The notes under the pieces: generated by a model
The model's database searches: none
Told to the model about the DNA's origin: nothing
The model's input: only the letters and a program-made list of their open reading frames with translations
Assembly: GCA_964291675.2 (NCBI GenBank)
Contig: OZ219865.1
Span: forward strand, 960,001 to 1,024,000
Origin: Alphaproteobacteria bacterium
GTDB lineage: Bacteria; Pseudomonadota; Alphaproteobacteria; MPNO01
Direction of reading: 5' to 3'
DNA: 64,000 nucleotides
Shown here: positions 20,044-32,384 of the stretch, in pieces
Layout of the letters: every line of letters starts with the position of its first letter
Position numbering within the stretch: the first letter of the stretch is position 1
Position numbers and translations under genes: made by a program

Positions 20044-20897
20044 CCGCCCCGCCCCCCGGACTCCCGCAGCGTGATGAAGTAGGTGCTGGCGAAGATCACC
20101 CCGGCGCCGATCCAGGTCCAGACATCCATCGCCTCGGCGAACAGCAGCCAGCCGAGCCCGGCGGTGAACGGCAGGCGGAGGAAGTCGAACGGCATCACCG
20201 CGCTCGCATCCGCGGCGGCGAAGGCGCGCGCCTGGCAGAAATGCGCGGCCCAGCCCGAGACCCCCATGATCAGCAGCGCCGGCAAGTCCTGCCAGCCCGG
20301 CGCGACCCAGACGAACAGCGACGGGACCAGGGTGAGCGGCAGCATCATCAGGTTCATGTAGAAGACGATCGTCGAGGCGGGCTCGGTCGCGGTCAGCAGC
20401 TTCACCGAGGTCCAGGCGCCGGCATAGAACGCGCACGAGAGCAGCACCGCCAGCATCGGCAGGCTCACCGATTCCATGCCCGGGCGGACGATCGCCAGCG
20501 CGCCGAGGAAGCCCACGGCGGTCGCCGCCCAGCGCGCGCCGTCGACGCGTTCGCCGAGCACCAGACCGGCGGCCAGCGTGCAGAACACCGGGATCAGGAA
20601 GGAGAGCGCGGTCACGTCGCCGACCGGGATGTGGATCAGCCCGTAATACATGCTCAGCATGGCCGCGAAGGCGAAGGCGGTGCGCGCGAAATGCATCCCC
20701 AGGCGCCGCGTCCCGAGCCGCGCGAGCCCGCCCCGGGCGAGCATGGGGGCGATCAGCAAGATGCCGACCAGGGCGCGCACGAAGACGATCTCGATGGTCG
20801 GGAAGGTGCCCGACAGCTCGCGCACGCTGGCCAGCAGCACGGCGAAGGAGAGCGCGGCGGCGACCATCCAGAACGCGCCGCGCCAGATCGCAGCCAT
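20040..20897 (-). CDS. DMT/EamA family transporter
   Basis: About 10 TM helices, [15 protein letters not shown]. Confidence 0.88.
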   Translation of the reverse strand: MAAIWRGAFWMVAAALSFAVLLASVRELSGTFPTIEIVFVRALVGILLIAPMLARGGLARLGTRRLGMHFARTAFAFAAMLSMYYGLIHIPVGDVTALSFLIPVFCTLAAGLVLGERVDGARWAATAVGFLGALAIVRPGMESVSLPMLAVLLSCAFYAGAWTSVKLLTATEPASTIVFYMNLMMLPLTLVPSLFVWVAPGWQDLPALLIMGVSGWAAHFCQARAFAAADASAVMPFDFLRLPFTAGLGWLLFAEAMDVWTWIGAGVIFASTYFITLRESGGRGG

Positions 20898-20903
20898 CGG
20901 GTA

Positions 20904-22109
<1,206 letters not shown>

Positions 22110-22168
22110 CGCCCCTCCCCCTCGCGCAAGGCGCCGGAGTGTAGGAATGCGCCGCGGCGGGGACAAGC

Positions 22169-23278
22169 TCAGCCGGCCCGCGCCCTTGCCGGCACGCGGA
22201 GGCTCGCCGATTTGAGCTGGCCGCAGGCCGCCAGAATGTCGCGCCCGCGCGGGGTGCGCACGGGCGAGGCGTAGCCGGCGCGGTTGACGATCGCGGCGAA
22301 GCGTTCGATCGCGCGCGGCGTCGAGCACTCGAAGGGCGCGCCGGGCCAGGGGTTGAACGGGATCAGGTTCATCTTGGCCGGGATGCCGCGCACCAGCCGG
22401 ACCAGCGCGCGCGCATCGGCCTCGGAATCGTTCACGTCCCTGAGCATGACGTATTCGAAGGTGATGCGCCGCGCGTTGCGCCCGCCCGGGTAGCCGCGGC
22501 AGGCGGCCAGCAGCTCGGCGATGGGATAGCGCCGGTTGAGCGGCACCAGCACGTCGCGCAGCTCGTCGGTCACCGCGTGCAGCGAGATCGCCAGCCTGAC
22601 GCCGAGATCGCGCCCGACATCGGCGATGCGCGGCACCACGCCCGCGGTCGACAGCGTGATCCGCCGCCGGCTGATCGCGATTCCCTCCATGTCCATGACG
22701 ATGTTCATCGCCTTGACGACGTTGTCGTAGTTGTAGAGCGGCTCGCCCATCCCCATCAGCACGATATTCGACAGCAGCCGCTGGCCGTTCTCCGCCGCCG
22801 GCCACTCGCCGAGCGCGTCGCGCGCCAGCATCACCTGGCCGACGATCTCGCCGGCGTTCAGGTTGCGCGCCCAGGGCTGGGTGCCGGTATGGCAGAACGA
22901 GCAGTTGAGCGTGCAGCCGACCTGCGACGACACGCAGAGCGCGCCCCGGTCGTCCTCGGGGATGAACACGGTCTCGGCCTCGCTGCCGTCCGGGAAGCCG
23001 ACCAGCCACTTGCGCGTCCGGTCGGAAGCGGTCTGCGCCTTCGCCACGGCGGGCCGCGATATCGCGAATTGCTCGGCGAGCTGGCGGCGCAGCGGCCTGG
23101 CCAGCGTGGTCATGGCGTCGAAATCCGTCGCGCCCCGGCAATAGATCCAGTGCCAGACCTGCTTGGTTCGGAAGGCGGGGAGGTCGAGCCCGGCGAGCGC
23201 CGCGCCGAGCTCGGCGCGCGACAGCCCCACGAGCTCGCGCCGCGCCCCGGAGTCGATATCGGCTTCAACGGTCGCCAT
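22169..23278 (-). CDS. rlmN: 23S rRNA m2A2503 methyltransferase
   Basis: [36 protein letters not shown]. Confidence 0.97.
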   Translation of the reverse strand: MATVEADIDSGARRELVGLSRAELGAALAGLDLPAFRTKQVWHWIYCRGATDFDAMTTLARPLRRQLAEQFAISRPAVAKAQTASDRTRKWLVGFPDGSEAETVFIPEDDRGALCVSSQVGCTLNCSFCHTGTQPWARNLNAGEIVGQVMLARDALGEWPAAENGQRLLSNIVLMGMGEPLYNYDNVVKAMNIVMDMEGIAISRRRITLSTAGVVPRIADVGRDLGVRLAISLHAVTDELRDVLVPLNRRYPIAELLAACRGYPGGRNARRITFEYVMLRDVNDSEADARALVRLVRGIPAKMNLIPFNPWPGAPFECSTPRAIERFAAIVNRAGYASPVRTPRGRDILAACGQLKSASLRVPARARAG

Positions 23279-23351
23279 CCCGGCACTATACCCCGCTTTG
23301 ACAGCGACGGGCCGGGTGGCCTATTCGGAACCCGGACAACGGGGGACAGGC

Positions 23352-24092
23352 ATGACCGACCGTGAAGCGGCGCTGATCGCGGCCGCAAAACCGTTCTGGG
23401 ACGCCGAAGCGGAGATCACCAGGCGCTTCTTCGCCGGCCCGCCGAGCCGGGACGACTACATCCACTATCTGCGCTCGGCGGTCTACAAGGAGCTCAACCC
23501 GGCGATCGGCTACGGCCCGACCGACGGCTACGCCAACGGGCTCCACATGGAGTTTTGCGACATCGTCGAGCGCTTCCGCGGGCTCGACGCCGAGATCGAC
23601 CGGCGCGACATGCTGGCCTCGCTCAAGATGATGACCGAGGAGTTCGAGCACTACGTGGTGCTCGCCGAGGTGCTCGAATTCGTGCTCGGCCGCAGGCTCG
23701 CGCCCGACGATGCGCAACAGCTCCCGGAAGACGCGACGCTCAACGCGATGCGCCGGCGCTACGTCGAATCGGGCGATCCCTGCCTGGTGGCGGCGATGGG
23801 GCTCACCGAGGGCGGCGGGGCGAGCACCTTCCGCGAGGCATCGAAGCTCTCGGGCGGGAAGCTGGAAGAACGGCTCGCCGCCGCGATGAAGCTCATCCAC
23901 GACGACGAGAAGGACCACTACGAGGACGCCGCCGCCGACGCCGCCCGGGCGGTGCGGACCGACGACGACCTCGCGCGGATGAAGTCCGCCATCCGCGAGG
24001 TCTCGATCCAGCGGGTCAGGATGCGCAACGAGCAGTTCCGCTTCCAGATGTCGGACGCGGAGATCGAGGCGCTGATCGCGGCCAATCCCTAG
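23352..24092 (+). CDS. hypothetical ferritin-like (putative di-metal) protein
   Basis: Two ExxH motifs (EEFEH, DEKDH) plus EGGG; helical; strong GC3 codon bias. Confidence 0.65.
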   Translation: MTDREAALIAAAKPFWDAEAEITRRFFAGPPSRDDYIHYLRSAVYKELNPAIGYGPTDGYANGLHMEFCDIVERFRGLDAEIDRRDMLASLKMMTEEFEHYVVLAEVLEFVLGRRLAPDDAQQLPEDATLNAMRRRYVESGDPCLVAAMGLTEGGGASTFREASKLSGGKLEERLAAAMKLIHDDEKDHYEDAAADAARAVRTDDDLARMKSAIREVSIQRVRMRNEQFRFQMSDAEIEALIAANP

Positions 24093-24093
24093 G

Positions 24094-24208
24094 GCGTCCT
24101 TCGATACGCCCGCCTGCGGCGGTCTACTCAGGATGAGGAGGGGGTCCTGGCCGCCCCCACCTCACCCTCATCCTGAGTAGTCCCCGAAGGGGACGTATCG
24201 AAGGACGC
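24094..24208. repeat. palindromic REP/MITE-like element, family 1 copy 1
   Basis: Perfect 15-bp TIR GCGTCCTTCGATACG/CGTATCGAAGGACGC; inner IR CTACTCAGGATGAGG/CCTCATCCTGAGTAG. Confidence 0.88.
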
Positions 24209-24210
24209 GA

Positions 24211-25044
24211 TCAGCGCCGCATGTAGCGGGCGACCTCCGGCGACGACATGACGTCGTCGACATAGGTGAACGTGCCCTGTTCCATCGCCTCGGTCGCCGC
24301 GGCGACGACGCCGCTCATCGCCGCGCGGTAGAGCGACGTCGCCAGGCTGATGCGGCGCACCCCCGCCGCCGCGAGATCGGCCACGGCAAAGGACTTTCCG
24401 GCGACGCCGGCCATGAAGTTGACCGGCCTGGAGACCGCGTTGCACACCGCGGCGACCGCGTCGATATCGGGCAGCGCCGGCGCCATCAGCATGTCCGCGC
24501 CGGCGCGTTCATAGGCCTGCAGCCGGGCGATGACCTCGTAGAGGTCGGGATGGCCGCGGATGAAGCACTCGCTGCGCGCAGTCAGCGCGAAGCGGAAGCC
24601 GGCCGACCGGGCGGCCTCGGAGGCGGCGGCGATGCGCTCGGCGGCCTCCTCGCGGTCGTAGAACGGGCGCTCCGCGTCGCCCGTATAGTCCTCGATGGTG
24701 CAGCCGACCAGCCCCGCCTCGGCGGCCTGCGCGACGGTTGTCGCCACCGCCTCGGGTCGGTGGCCGAAGCCGTTCTCCAGATCGGCCGAGACCGGCAGGT
24801 CGACCGCGTCGACGACGGCGCGCGCATGCTCCAGCGCCTCGTCTCGCGAAACCTCGCCGTCGCACCGCCCGAGCGTGCCGGCGAAGCCGCCGCTGGTGGT
24901 CGCCAGCGCCTGGAACCCGAGGCCGGCCAGGATGCGGGCCGAGCCGGCATCGAACGCGTTGGCGAGGATGAACGGCTCCGCGCCCCCGTGCAGGGCATGG
25001 AAGCGCTCGGCCTTCTCGGCCTGGGTGGGCGGGGCGTCGGCCAT
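24211..25044 (-). CDS. isocitrate lyase/PEP mutase family protein
   Basis: NAFDAGSARIL, ATTSGG, SADLENGFG, GCTIED. Confidence 0.88.
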   Translation of the reverse strand: MADAPPTQAEKAERFHALHGGAEPFILANAFDAGSARILAGLGFQALATTSGGFAGTLGRCDGEVSRDEALEHARAVVDAVDLPVSADLENGFGHRPEAVATTVAQAAEAGLVGCTIEDYTGDAERPFYDREEAAERIAAASEAARSAGFRFALTARSECFIRGHPDLYEVIARLQAYERAGADMLMAPALPDIDAVAAVCNAVSRPVNFMAGVAGKSFAVADLAAAGVRRISLATSLYRAAMSGVVAAATEAMEQGTFTYVDDVMSSPEVARYMRR

Positions 25045-25109
25045 GGCTGCTCTCCACCGGTTCCGGCCCGGGCGATGCTGCGGGCCCGGTGCACCCGTGT
25101 CAACGGAGC

Positions 25110-25230
25110 GCGTCCTTCGATATGCCCGCCTGGCGGCGGGCTGCTCAGGATGAGGAAGCGTGTTTTGGCCCTGAAAAACCGCCTCATCCCGAGTAGCCCC
25201 GGACCGGTTCCGGGGCGTATGGAGGGACCC
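25110..25230. repeat. palindromic REP/MITE-like element, family 1 copy 2
   Basis: GCGTCCTTCGATATG...CTCAGGATGAGG...CCTCATCCCGAGTAG...CGTATGGAGGGAC. Confidence 0.82.
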
Positions 25231-25241
25231 GCCCCGCCCCT

Positions 25242-25622
25242 TCACTCCGGCGCCGTTTCCCGCACCCTCTGCCTCGCCTGGCCGAACTTCACCAGGCTGC
25301 CGCCCGTGTCGTGGACGTAGAGCTCGTCCATGCCCCACGGCGTCTCGACGACCTCACCCACGTCGATGCGCCCGGCGAATTCGGCGCGCTGCGCTCGAAT
25401 GTCGTTCACCCGGACGTAGCAGGACGTGTTCTCGGCGACGTGCCGGTCCGCGCAGAGCCAGAAATGGATCTCGACGCGCTCGCGGATCGCGAGGCCGTAG
25501 TCGGCGTCGCCGAAATCCTGCGTCTCGAAGCCGAGCCTGCGGAAGAAGTCGAGCGAGGCCGCGATATCCGGCGAGGCGAGCACGGGTATGGCGCGGTCGA
25601 AGATGGACGGCTTGTCGGGCAT
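25242..25622 (-). CDS. VOC family / bleomycin resistance-like protein
   Basis: AIPVLAS.DIAASLDFF..LGF, SCYVRV, TPWGMDE, GSLVKFGQ. Confidence 0.85.
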   Translation of the reverse strand: MPDKPSIFDRAIPVLASPDIAASLDFFRRLGFETQDFGDADYGLAIRERVEIHFWLCADRHVAENTSCYVRVNDIRAQRAEFAGRIDVGEVVETPWGMDELYVHDTGGSLVKFGQARQRVRETAPE

Positions 25623-25661
25623 GGGTCGGTTGCCTTCCCATTGCAGGCGCGCCCCCCTCGC

Positions 25662-25775
25662 GCCATGTCCGGACTTGTTCCGGGCATCCACGCCGCCGCC
25701 CGCCCCGCTTATGGGTGCCGGGGACAAGCCCGGGCCCGACGCGAGGGCGCGCGGGCGGGCCGTATCGAGGGACGC
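25662..25775. repeat. palindromic repeat family 2 plus a family 1 half-site
   Basis: CATGTCCGGACTTGTTCCGGGCATCCA...TGGGTGCCGGGGACAAGCCCGGGC; then CGTATCGAGGGACGC at 25761-25775. Confidence 0.75.
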
Positions 25776-25776
25776 C

Positions 25777-26493
25777 CTACCCGCCCTGCGCCGCCTGGGT
25801 CTTGCCGTAGAGCAGCTCCCAGGCCTTGTCGGAGTAGCCGGGGCCGCGCCGCGCGTGCTCGGCCAGCGTCTCCAGCGCGCGCTCGACCGCGGGGCGCGCC
25901 CAGATCCCGTCGCGCCAGGCCTTCACCCGCGGAAAATCCCCGATGTCGACGCCCTGGCGCTCGGGGTAGCGGAGCCAGGGGAAGATCGCCATGTCGGCGA
26001 TGGTGTAGTCGTCCGCCGCCACCCAGTCGCGCCCGTCGAGCCGCTTCTCCAGCACGCCGTAGAGCCGGTTGGCCTCGTTGACGTAGCGGTCGATGCCGTA
26101 TTGCAGCTTCTCGCGCTCGAAGCGCTCGGGCGCGTAGGAGTGGAAGTGGTGCGCCTGGCCCAGCATCGGGCCGATCCCGCCCATCTGCCACATCAGCCAT
26201 TGCAGGGTGTCGTAGCGCGCACGCGGCTCGGTCGGCAGGAACCGCCCGGTCTTGTCGGCGAGATAGACCAGGATCGCGCCGGTCTCGAACACCGCGATCT
26301 CCTCCCCGCCCGGGCCGTCCCGGTCGACGATGGCGGGCATCTTGTTGTTCGGGCTGATCTTCAGGAAATCCGCCTCGAACTGGTCGCCCTCCTGGATGTT
26401 CACCGGGTGCACGGTCCACGCCAGACCGCACTCCTCCAGCATGATGTGGACCTTGTGGCCGTTCGGCGTGGGCCATGTGTAGCAATCGATCAT
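25777..26493 (-). CDS. glutathione S-transferase (YfcG/Nu class-like)
   Basis: [41 protein letters not shown]. Confidence 0.92.
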   Translation of the reverse strand: MIDCYTWPTPNGHKVHIMLEECGLAWTVHPVNIQEGDQFEADFLKISPNNKMPAIVDRDGPGGEEIAVFETGAILVYLADKTGRFLPTEPRARYDTLQWLMWQMGGIGPMLGQAHHFHSYAPERFEREKLQYGIDRYVNEANRLYGVLEKRLDGRDWVAADDYTIADMAIFPWLRYPERQGVDIGDFPRVKAWRDGIWARPAVERALETLAEHARRGPGYSDKAWELLYGKTQAAQGG

Positions 26494-27959
26494 TCGTCCC
26501 TCTCCTGCCCCCGGTCGAGCTTCGCGCGCAAGACCTCGTTGACCGTCTTCGGATTGGCCTTGCCCCGGCTCGCCTTCATCGCCTGGCCGACGAAGAAGCC
26601 GAGCAGCTTGGTCTTGCCGCCGCGATACTCGGCCACCCTGTCGGGATGCTCGGCAAGGACGGCGTCCACGATGGCCTCGATCGCGCCCGAGTCGCTCACC
26701 TGCTCCAGCCCGCGCTCGGCGACGATGGACCCGGGGTCGCGGCCGGTCTCGAACATGGCCTCGAAGACCTCGCGCGCGATCCGCCCCGAAATGGTGCCGG
26801 CCCGGATCAGGTCGATCAGCGCGCCGAGATCGGATGCCGCAACCGGCGCGTCGGCGATCGCGAGCCCCGATCGGTTGAGCGCCCCGAACAGGTCGCGGAT
26901 CACCCAGTTGGCGGCAAGCTTCGCATCGCGCCCCTCCGCGACGGCCTCGAAATAGGCCGCGCTGTCGCGGTCGGCGACCAGCACCTCGGCGTCCTCGTCG
27001 GACAGCCCGAGCGCGTCGACGAAGCGCCGCTTCTTGGCATCCGGCAGCTCCGGCAGCGTCGCCCGGATGCCGTCGACGAAAGCCTCGTCCAGCACCAGCG
27101 GCAACAGATCCGGGTCGGGGAAGTAGCGGTAGTCGTGCTCTTCCTCCTTCGAGCGCATCGACCGCGTGGTCCCGCTTGCGGTGTCGAACAGCCTTGTCTC
27201 CTGCTCGATGGCGCCGCCGTCCTCGATGACCGCGACCTGGCGCCTCGCCTCGTGCGCCGCGGCCTGGCGGATGAAGCGGATCGAGTTCAAATTCTTGATC
27301 TCGCAGCGCGTCCCGAGCGCGCCGCCCGGGCGGCGCACCGAGACGTTCACGTCGGCGCGCAGCGAGCCCTCCTGCATGTTGCCGTCGCAGGTGCCGAGAT
27401 AGCGCAGGATCGAGCGCAGCTTCGTCATGAAGGCGGCCGCCTCGTCGGGCGAGCGCAGGTCGGGCTCGGTGACGATCTCCATCAGCGCGACGCCGGCCCG
27501 GTTGAGGTCGACGAAGGTCCGGCGCGGGTCGCGGTCGTGCAGGCTCTTGCCCGCGTCCTGTTCGAGATGCAGCCGGGCGATGCGGACGGTCCGGCTGGTG
27601 CCGTCCTCCAGCGCGACCTCGACCGCGCCGCTGCCGACGATGGGCCGGCCGTATTGCGAGATCTGGTAGCCCTGCGGCAGGTCCGGATAGAAGTAGTTCT
27701 TGCGGTCGAAGACCGAGACCAGGTTGATCTCCGCGCCGAGGCCGAGCCCGGTGCGGACCGCCTGCTCGATGCAGTACTCGTTGATCACCGGCAGCATGCC
27801 GGGCATCGCCGCGTCGACCAGCGAGACCTGCGCGTTGGGCTCGCCGCCGAAGGCGGTGGAGGCGCCGGAGAACAGCTTGGACTCGGAGGTCACCTGGGCG
27901 TGGACCTCCAGCCCGATCGCCGCTTCCCAGTCGCCGCTGCGTCCTTCGATCAGGCTCAC
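26490..27959 (-). CDS. gatB: Asp/Glu-tRNA amidotransferase subunit B
   Basis: [34 protein letters not shown]. Confidence 0.97.
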   Translation of the reverse strand: MSLIEGRSGDWEAAIGLEVHAQVTSESKLFSGASTAFGGEPNAQVSLVDAAMPGMLPVINEYCIEQAVRTGLGLGAEINLVSVFDRKNYFYPDLPQGYQISQYGRPIVGSGAVEVALEDGTSRTVRIARLHLEQDAGKSLHDRDPRRTFVDLNRAGVALMEIVTEPDLRSPDEAAAFMTKLRSILRYLGTCDGNMQEGSLRADVNVSVRRPGGALGTRCEIKNLNSIRFIRQAAAHEARRQVAVIEDGGAIEQETRLFDTASGTTRSMRSKEEEHDYRYFPDPDLLPLVLDEAFVDGIRATLPELPDAKKRRFVDALGLSDEDAEVLVADRDSAAYFEAVAEGRDAKLAANWVIRDLFGALNRSGLAIADAPVAASDLGALIDLIRAGTISGRIAREVFEAMFETGRDPGSIVAERGLEQVSDSGAIEAIVDAVLAEHPDRVAEYRGGKTKLLGFFVGQAMKASRGKANPKTVNEVLRAKLDRGQERDE

Positions 27960-28273
27960 GACCCGGCCCCGCGAACGAGAGAGGCGATCAGCAGTGTCAG
28001 GATGCCGAACGCCGAGACGCGGAAGATAAACACCCGCCCGAGCCGGTTCCAGTAGCCCCGCCGCGCGGCCGTCGCGGCCCGGGGCGGCGCATCCTCATCG
28101 AGGCTCGCGAGGAACATCGGCCAGCTCCGGCGGTGGATCTCCCACATCGCATAGCCCTGCACGACGGCGCCGGCGGCGATGCAGTAAAGCGCCCCGAGAT
28201 TGGTGAAGGTGAAGACGTCGCTGCCGATCAGCCCGAGGCTGACATGGATCAGCGCGTACCAGACGACGGTCAC
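27956..28273 (-). CDS. hypothetical small membrane protein within gat operon
   Basis: About 3 hydrophobic segments; GTGA overlap with gatB start. Confidence 0.6.
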   Translation of the reverse strand: MTVVWYALIHVSLGLIGSDVFTFTNLGALYCIAAGAVVQGYAMWEIHRRSWPMFLASLDEDAPPRAATAARRGYWNRLGRVFIFRVSAFGILTLLIASLVRGAGS

Positions 28274-28292
28274 GGCTCGCGCGCCCGGCGCC

Positions 28293-29774
28293 TCAGGAGC
28301 GCGGCCCCGGCCTCGCCTCGAAGCCGGCCGCCTTCTCGATCGCCCTTGCGGCGCGGAACATGGTCACCTCGTCGAAGGCGCGCGAGACGATCTGCAGCCC
28401 GAGCGGCAGCCCGCCCTCGGAGAGCCCCGCCGGCACCGACATCGCCGGCAGCCCGGCGAGGCTCGCCGGCACCGTAAGCACGTCGTTGAGATACATCGCG
28501 ATCGGGTCGTCCGACTTCTCGCCGATGGCGAACGCGTCCGACGGGCAGGTCGGCATCAGCAGGAAATCGCAGGTCTCGAAGGCGTCGTCGAAATCCCGCG
28601 CCACCAGCGTCCGCACCTTCTGCGCCTTCAGGTAGTAGGCGTCGTAGTAGCCGGCCGACAGCGCATAGGTGCCGATCAGGATGCGGCGGCGCACCTCGGC
28701 GCCGAACCCGGCGCCGCGGGTCTTCGCATAGGTGTCGATCAGGTCCGCGCCCTCGACCCGCTTGCCGTAGCGCACCCCGTCATAGCGGGCGAGGTTGGAC
28801 GAGGCCTCGGCCGGGGCGATCAGGTGGTAGGCCGGCAGCGCGTAGGGGGTGTGCGGCAGGCTGACCTCGACCGGCTCGGCGCCGGCGTCGCGGAGCCAGG
28901 CGATGCCCGAATCCCACAGCGCGCGGATGTCGCCCGGCGTCTCGTCGAGCGCGTATTCGGCCGGGATGCCGACCCTGAGCCCGGCCACCCCGTCGTCCAC
29001 CGCCGCCGCGAAATCCGGCACCGCGATGTCGACCGAGGTGGAGTCCTTCGGGTCGAACCCCGCCATCGCGCCCAGCATGATCGCGGCGTCGCGCACGCTG
29101 CGCGCCAGCGGCCCGGCCTGGTCGAGCGACGACGCAAAGGCGACGATGCCCCAGCGCGAGCAGCGCCCGTAGGTCGGCTTGGCCCCGACCACGCCGCAGA
29201 ACGCGGCCGGCTGGCGGATCGAGCCGCCGGTGTCGGTCCCGGTCGCGCCGAGGCAGAGCCGGGCGGCCACCGCCGCCGCCGAGCCGCCGGACGAGCCGCC
29301 CGGGACCAGCGGCCGGTTGTCGCCGCGCCGCCGCCACGGGTTCTCGACGGGGCCGAAATGGCTGGTCTCGTTGGACGAGCCCATGGCGAACTCGTCGAGG
29401 TTGAGCTTGCCCAGCATCACCGCGCCGGCCTCGAACAGGTTGCGGCTGACGGTCGATTCGTAGGGCGGCACGAAGCCGTCGAGGATGGCCGACGCGGCGG
29501 TCGACATCACCCCCTCGGTGCAGAACAGATCCTTGATCCCGAGCGGAATGCCCTCCAGCGCGCCGGCCTCGCCGCGCCGCCGCCTGGCGTCCGAGGCCTC
29601 GGCGTCGGCGAGCGCGCGCTCGGGCGTCTCGGCGATGTAGGCGTTGAGGTCGCGCGCGCCCGCGATCGCCTCGATATGGGCCAGGGCGAGCTCGCGGGCG
29701 GAGATCTCGCCGCCGGCGAGCGCATCCCGCGCCGCCTCGATGGTGAGCTCGGTGAGCGCCCCCCCGCCCATCAC
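28293..29774 (-). CDS. gatA: Asp/Glu-tRNA amidotransferase subunit A
   Basis: [43 protein letters not shown]. Confidence 0.97.
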   Translation of the reverse strand: MMGGGALTELTIEAARDALAGGEISARELALAHIEAIAGARDLNAYIAETPERALADAEASDARRRRGEAGALEGIPLGIKDLFCTEGVMSTAASAILDGFVPPYESTVSRNLFEAGAVMLGKLNLDEFAMGSSNETSHFGPVENPWRRRGDNRPLVPGGSSGGSAAAVAARLCLGATGTDTGGSIRQPAAFCGVVGAKPTYGRCSRWGIVAFASSLDQAGPLARSVRDAAIMLGAMAGFDPKDSTSVDIAVPDFAAAVDDGVAGLRVGIPAEYALDETPGDIRALWDSGIAWLRDAGAEPVEVSLPHTPYALPAYHLIAPAEASSNLARYDGVRYGKRVEGADLIDTYAKTRGAGFGAEVRRRILIGTYALSAGYYDAYYLKAQKVRTLVARDFDDAFETCDFLLMPTCPSDAFAIGEKSDDPIAMYLNDVLTVPASLAGLPAMSVPAGLSEGGLPLGLQIVSRAFDEVTMFRAARAIEKAAGFEARPGPRS

Positions 29775-30058
29775 TCGATCACCTTGGGGACGGTGTAGAA
29801 CGGGCCCGCCGCCTGGGGCGCGTTGGCGACGACCCGGTCGGCGATGCCGCCCTCGGTGACCGCATCGGCGCGGCGCCTGAGCGGCATCGGCTTGACCGCC
29901 GTCATGGGCACCACCCCGTCGGTATCGACCTCGCCGAGCTGTCCCATCCAGTCGAGGATCTTGGCGAGCTCGCCGGTCAGGTCAGCGAGCTCGTCCTCCG
30001 GCACGTCGAGCCTCGCCAGCATCGCGATGCGGCGCACGGTGTCGGTATCGACGGCCAT
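29771..30058 (-). CDS. gatC: Asp/Glu-tRNA amidotransferase subunit C
   Basis: [17 protein letters not shown]...NAP...FYTVPKVIE. Confidence 0.95.
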   Translation of the reverse strand: MAVDTDTVRRIAMLARLDVPEDELADLTGELAKILDWMGQLGEVDTDGVVPMTAVKPMPLRRRADAVTEGGIADRVVANAPQAAGPFYTVPKVIE

Positions 30059-30176
30059 CTCTCGCTCTCCGGGACGGGGGCGCGCGAACCTACATCCGGC
30101 CCGCCCGCCCGGCAAGCTGGCACGCCCGCGCCGGGGCGTATATCAAGGCGCCGCCGTCAACCGGGGAGGAGGGGTC

Positions 30177-30644
30177 GTGGCGATCGTCGAGCTGGAGGCG
30201 CTGGCGACGCGCTCGCTGCTGATGGGGCTCGATGTCGGGGCGAAGACCGTCGGGCTCGCGCTGGGCCGCACCGGGCTCGCGCTGGCCTCGCCGCTGGAAA
30301 CGATCCGGCGGACCCGATTCGCCGCCGACGCGGCGCGCATCTTCGCGCTCGCGGACGAGCACGGGGTGGACGCGCTGGTGATCGGCCTGCCGGTCAACAT
30401 GGACGGCAGCGAGGGCCGGCGCTGCCAGTCGGTGCGCCAGTTCGCCGCCAACCTGCTGGCCAGGCGCGACATCGCCGCCGCGTTCTGGGACGAGCGCCTG
30501 TCGACCGCCGCGGTAACCCGGGCGATGATCGAGGCCGACCTCTCCAGGCGCAGGCGCGCCGAGGCGGTGGACCGGCTGGCCGCCGCCTATATCCTCCAGG
30601 GCGCGCTGGAGCGGCTCGGCAACCTGAACGGAGAACCCAGATGA
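30177..30644 (+). CDS. ruvX: Holliday junction resolvase-like / pre-16S rRNA nuclease RuvX (YqgF)
   Basis: GLDVGAKTVGLA, GLPVNMDGS, WDERLST, VDRLAAAYILQG. Confidence 0.95.
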   Translation: MAIVELEALATRSLLMGLDVGAKTVGLALGRTGLALASPLETIRRTRFAADAARIFALADEHGVDALVIGLPVNMDGSEGRRCQSVRQFAANLLARRDIAAAFWDERLSTAAVTRAMIEADLSRRRRAEAVDRLAAAYILQGALERLGNLNGEPR

Positions 30645-31189
30645 CACGAGAGATCAGGCGTATCGTCACCGGCCACGACGCGGACGGCAAGGCCGTGGTC
30701 ATCGCCGACGGGCCGACGCCCAATTTGTTCAACCCCGAGCACCGCCCCGGCGTGCAGATCAACAACATCTGGCGGGTCAACGAATCGCCCGCCCATCTGA
30801 TGAGCCAGGAGGAGACGCTGGAGGGCCGCATCGCGCTCGAACCGCCGCCCAACGGCTCGGTCTGCCGGGTGATCGAGTTCCCGCCGGAGAAGGACTACAT
30901 CGACTCGATCGACCGCGAGGCGGCGCATGCGAGCTTCAGCCAGTTCGGCGCGGCCCACGCGGCGGATGCGTCCGAGAACCCGCCGCACCCGCTGATGCAC
31001 CGCACCGAGACGATCGACTACGCGATCTGCCTCGAAGGCGAGATCTGGCTGGTGCTCGACGATTCCGAGGTGCTGATGAAGGCGGGCGATGTCTGCGTCC
31101 AGCGCGGCACCAACCACGCCTGGTCCAACCGCTCGGACCGACCCTGCTTCATGTGCTTCGTGCTGGTCGACGGGACATTCGAGGCGTAG
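30641..31189 (+). CDS. cupin domain protein
   Basis: RRIVTGHDADGKA, MHRTETIDY, VQRGTNHAWSN. Confidence 0.88.
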   Translation: MTREIRRIVTGHDADGKAVVIADGPTPNLFNPEHRPGVQINNIWRVNESPAHLMSQEETLEGRIALEPPPNGSVCRVIEFPPEKDYIDSIDREAAHASFSQFGAAHAADASENPPHPLMHRTETIDYAICLEGEIWLVLDDSEVLMKAGDVCVQRGTNHAWSNRSDRPCFMCFVLVDGTFEA

Positions 31190-31334
31190 TGGGACGGCAA
31201 CCGCCTGACAGTACGCGCCGCCGGCGCGCGACCGTCGGGAGTCGTCCGCGCCGGGATTGCGGAAAAGTTGCCAATCCTCCGGCAAGGCCCAACAATGCCG
31301 GCCGGCTCGCGCCGCCCCCGCCGACAGGTGTCCC

Positions 31335-32378
31335 ATGAACCTCGCCGAATTCTGCCGCGCCATCCCGAAGGCCGAGCTGCACGTCCACTTCACCGGCGCC
31401 GTGCCGCTGGAGACCTTCCTGAAGCTCGCCGCGCGAAACGGCATCGCCCTGCCGCCCCATGACGACCCCGAAGAGCTTTACGCCCGCGGCGAGAATTTCG
31501 ACCGGGTGCTCAAGACGCTCAAGCTGGTCTGCCAGTCCCTGCGCACGGCCGACGATTTCCGCGAGGCGGTCTACGCCACCCAGAAGCACGCCGCGGAGGC
31601 CGGCGTGCGCTATCGCGAGATGTTCTGGAACCCGACCGACCACTGGACCATCGGCGACATCGGCTACGCGGCCTCGGTCGACGGCATGATCGCCGGGCTG
31701 CGCGACGCCGAGGCCGATTTCGGCATCGTGGGACGGCTGATCCCGTCGATCGACCGGGAATCCCCGCCCGAGCTCGGTTACGAGATGGTCGCGGCGGCGG
31801 TCGCCCATCCCCGGGAGGAGACCGTCGGCATCGGCATGGACTATCTGGAGACCGGCCATCCGCCGGAGAAATTCTGGAAGGCCTACCGGCTGGCCGGCGA
31901 GAGCGGCCTGAAACGCACCGCCCATGCCGGCGAGTTCGGCGAGCCGGCGCGCAATATCGAGACCGCGCTCGACCTGCTCGGCTGCGACCGCATCGACCAC
32001 GGCTACACGGTGCTGGACGCGCCCGACCTGCTGAAGCGCTGCGAGGACGAGGGTATCGTCTTCACCATCGTGCCGACCAATTCCTACTACAGCCGGACGC
32101 TGAAGGGGCGGGACTTCGCGAAGGTCCATCCGATCGCCGCGATGGCGCGCACGCGGCTGAAGATCATGCCGAACAGCGACGATCCGCCGTTGCACCACAC
32201 CGATCCGGCCAACGCCCATGCCCAGATGGTGACGACCTTCGACCTGCCCTTCGCGATGCTGCGCGGCTTCGTGGCGAGCGGAATCGACGGCGCCTGGGTC
32301 GACGAGTCGGTCAAACGGAGCTGGCGCGCCGAATGGCTGGCGGAGTACGACCGGCTGGCCACGGCGGTCGAGGCCTGA
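31335..32378 (+). CDS. adenosine/adenine deaminase family protein
   Basis: PKAELHVH, TAHAGE, RIDHG, NSDDP. Confidence 0.9.
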   Translation: MNLAEFCRAIPKAELHVHFTGAVPLETFLKLAARNGIALPPHDDPEELYARGENFDRVLKTLKLVCQSLRTADDFREAVYATQKHAAEAGVRYREMFWNPTDHWTIGDIGYAASVDGMIAGLRDAEADFGIVGRLIPSIDRESPPELGYEMVAAAVAHPREETVGIGMDYLETGHPPEKFWKAYRLAGESGLKRTAHAGEFGEPARNIETALDLLGCDRIDHGYTVLDAPDLLKRCEDEGIVFTIVPTNSYYSRTLKGRDFAKVHPIAAMARTRLKIMPNSDDPPLHHTDPANAHAQMVTTFDLPFAMLRGFVASGIDGAWVDESVKRSWRAEWLAEYDRLATAVEA

Positions 32379-32384
32379 GCCGGT

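Noticed and set aside
24094-25775. Possible CRISPR array or integron attC array
   Set aside because: Repeats are long palindromes separated by whole genes, with no regular spacers, cas genes, intI or clear attC core sites.
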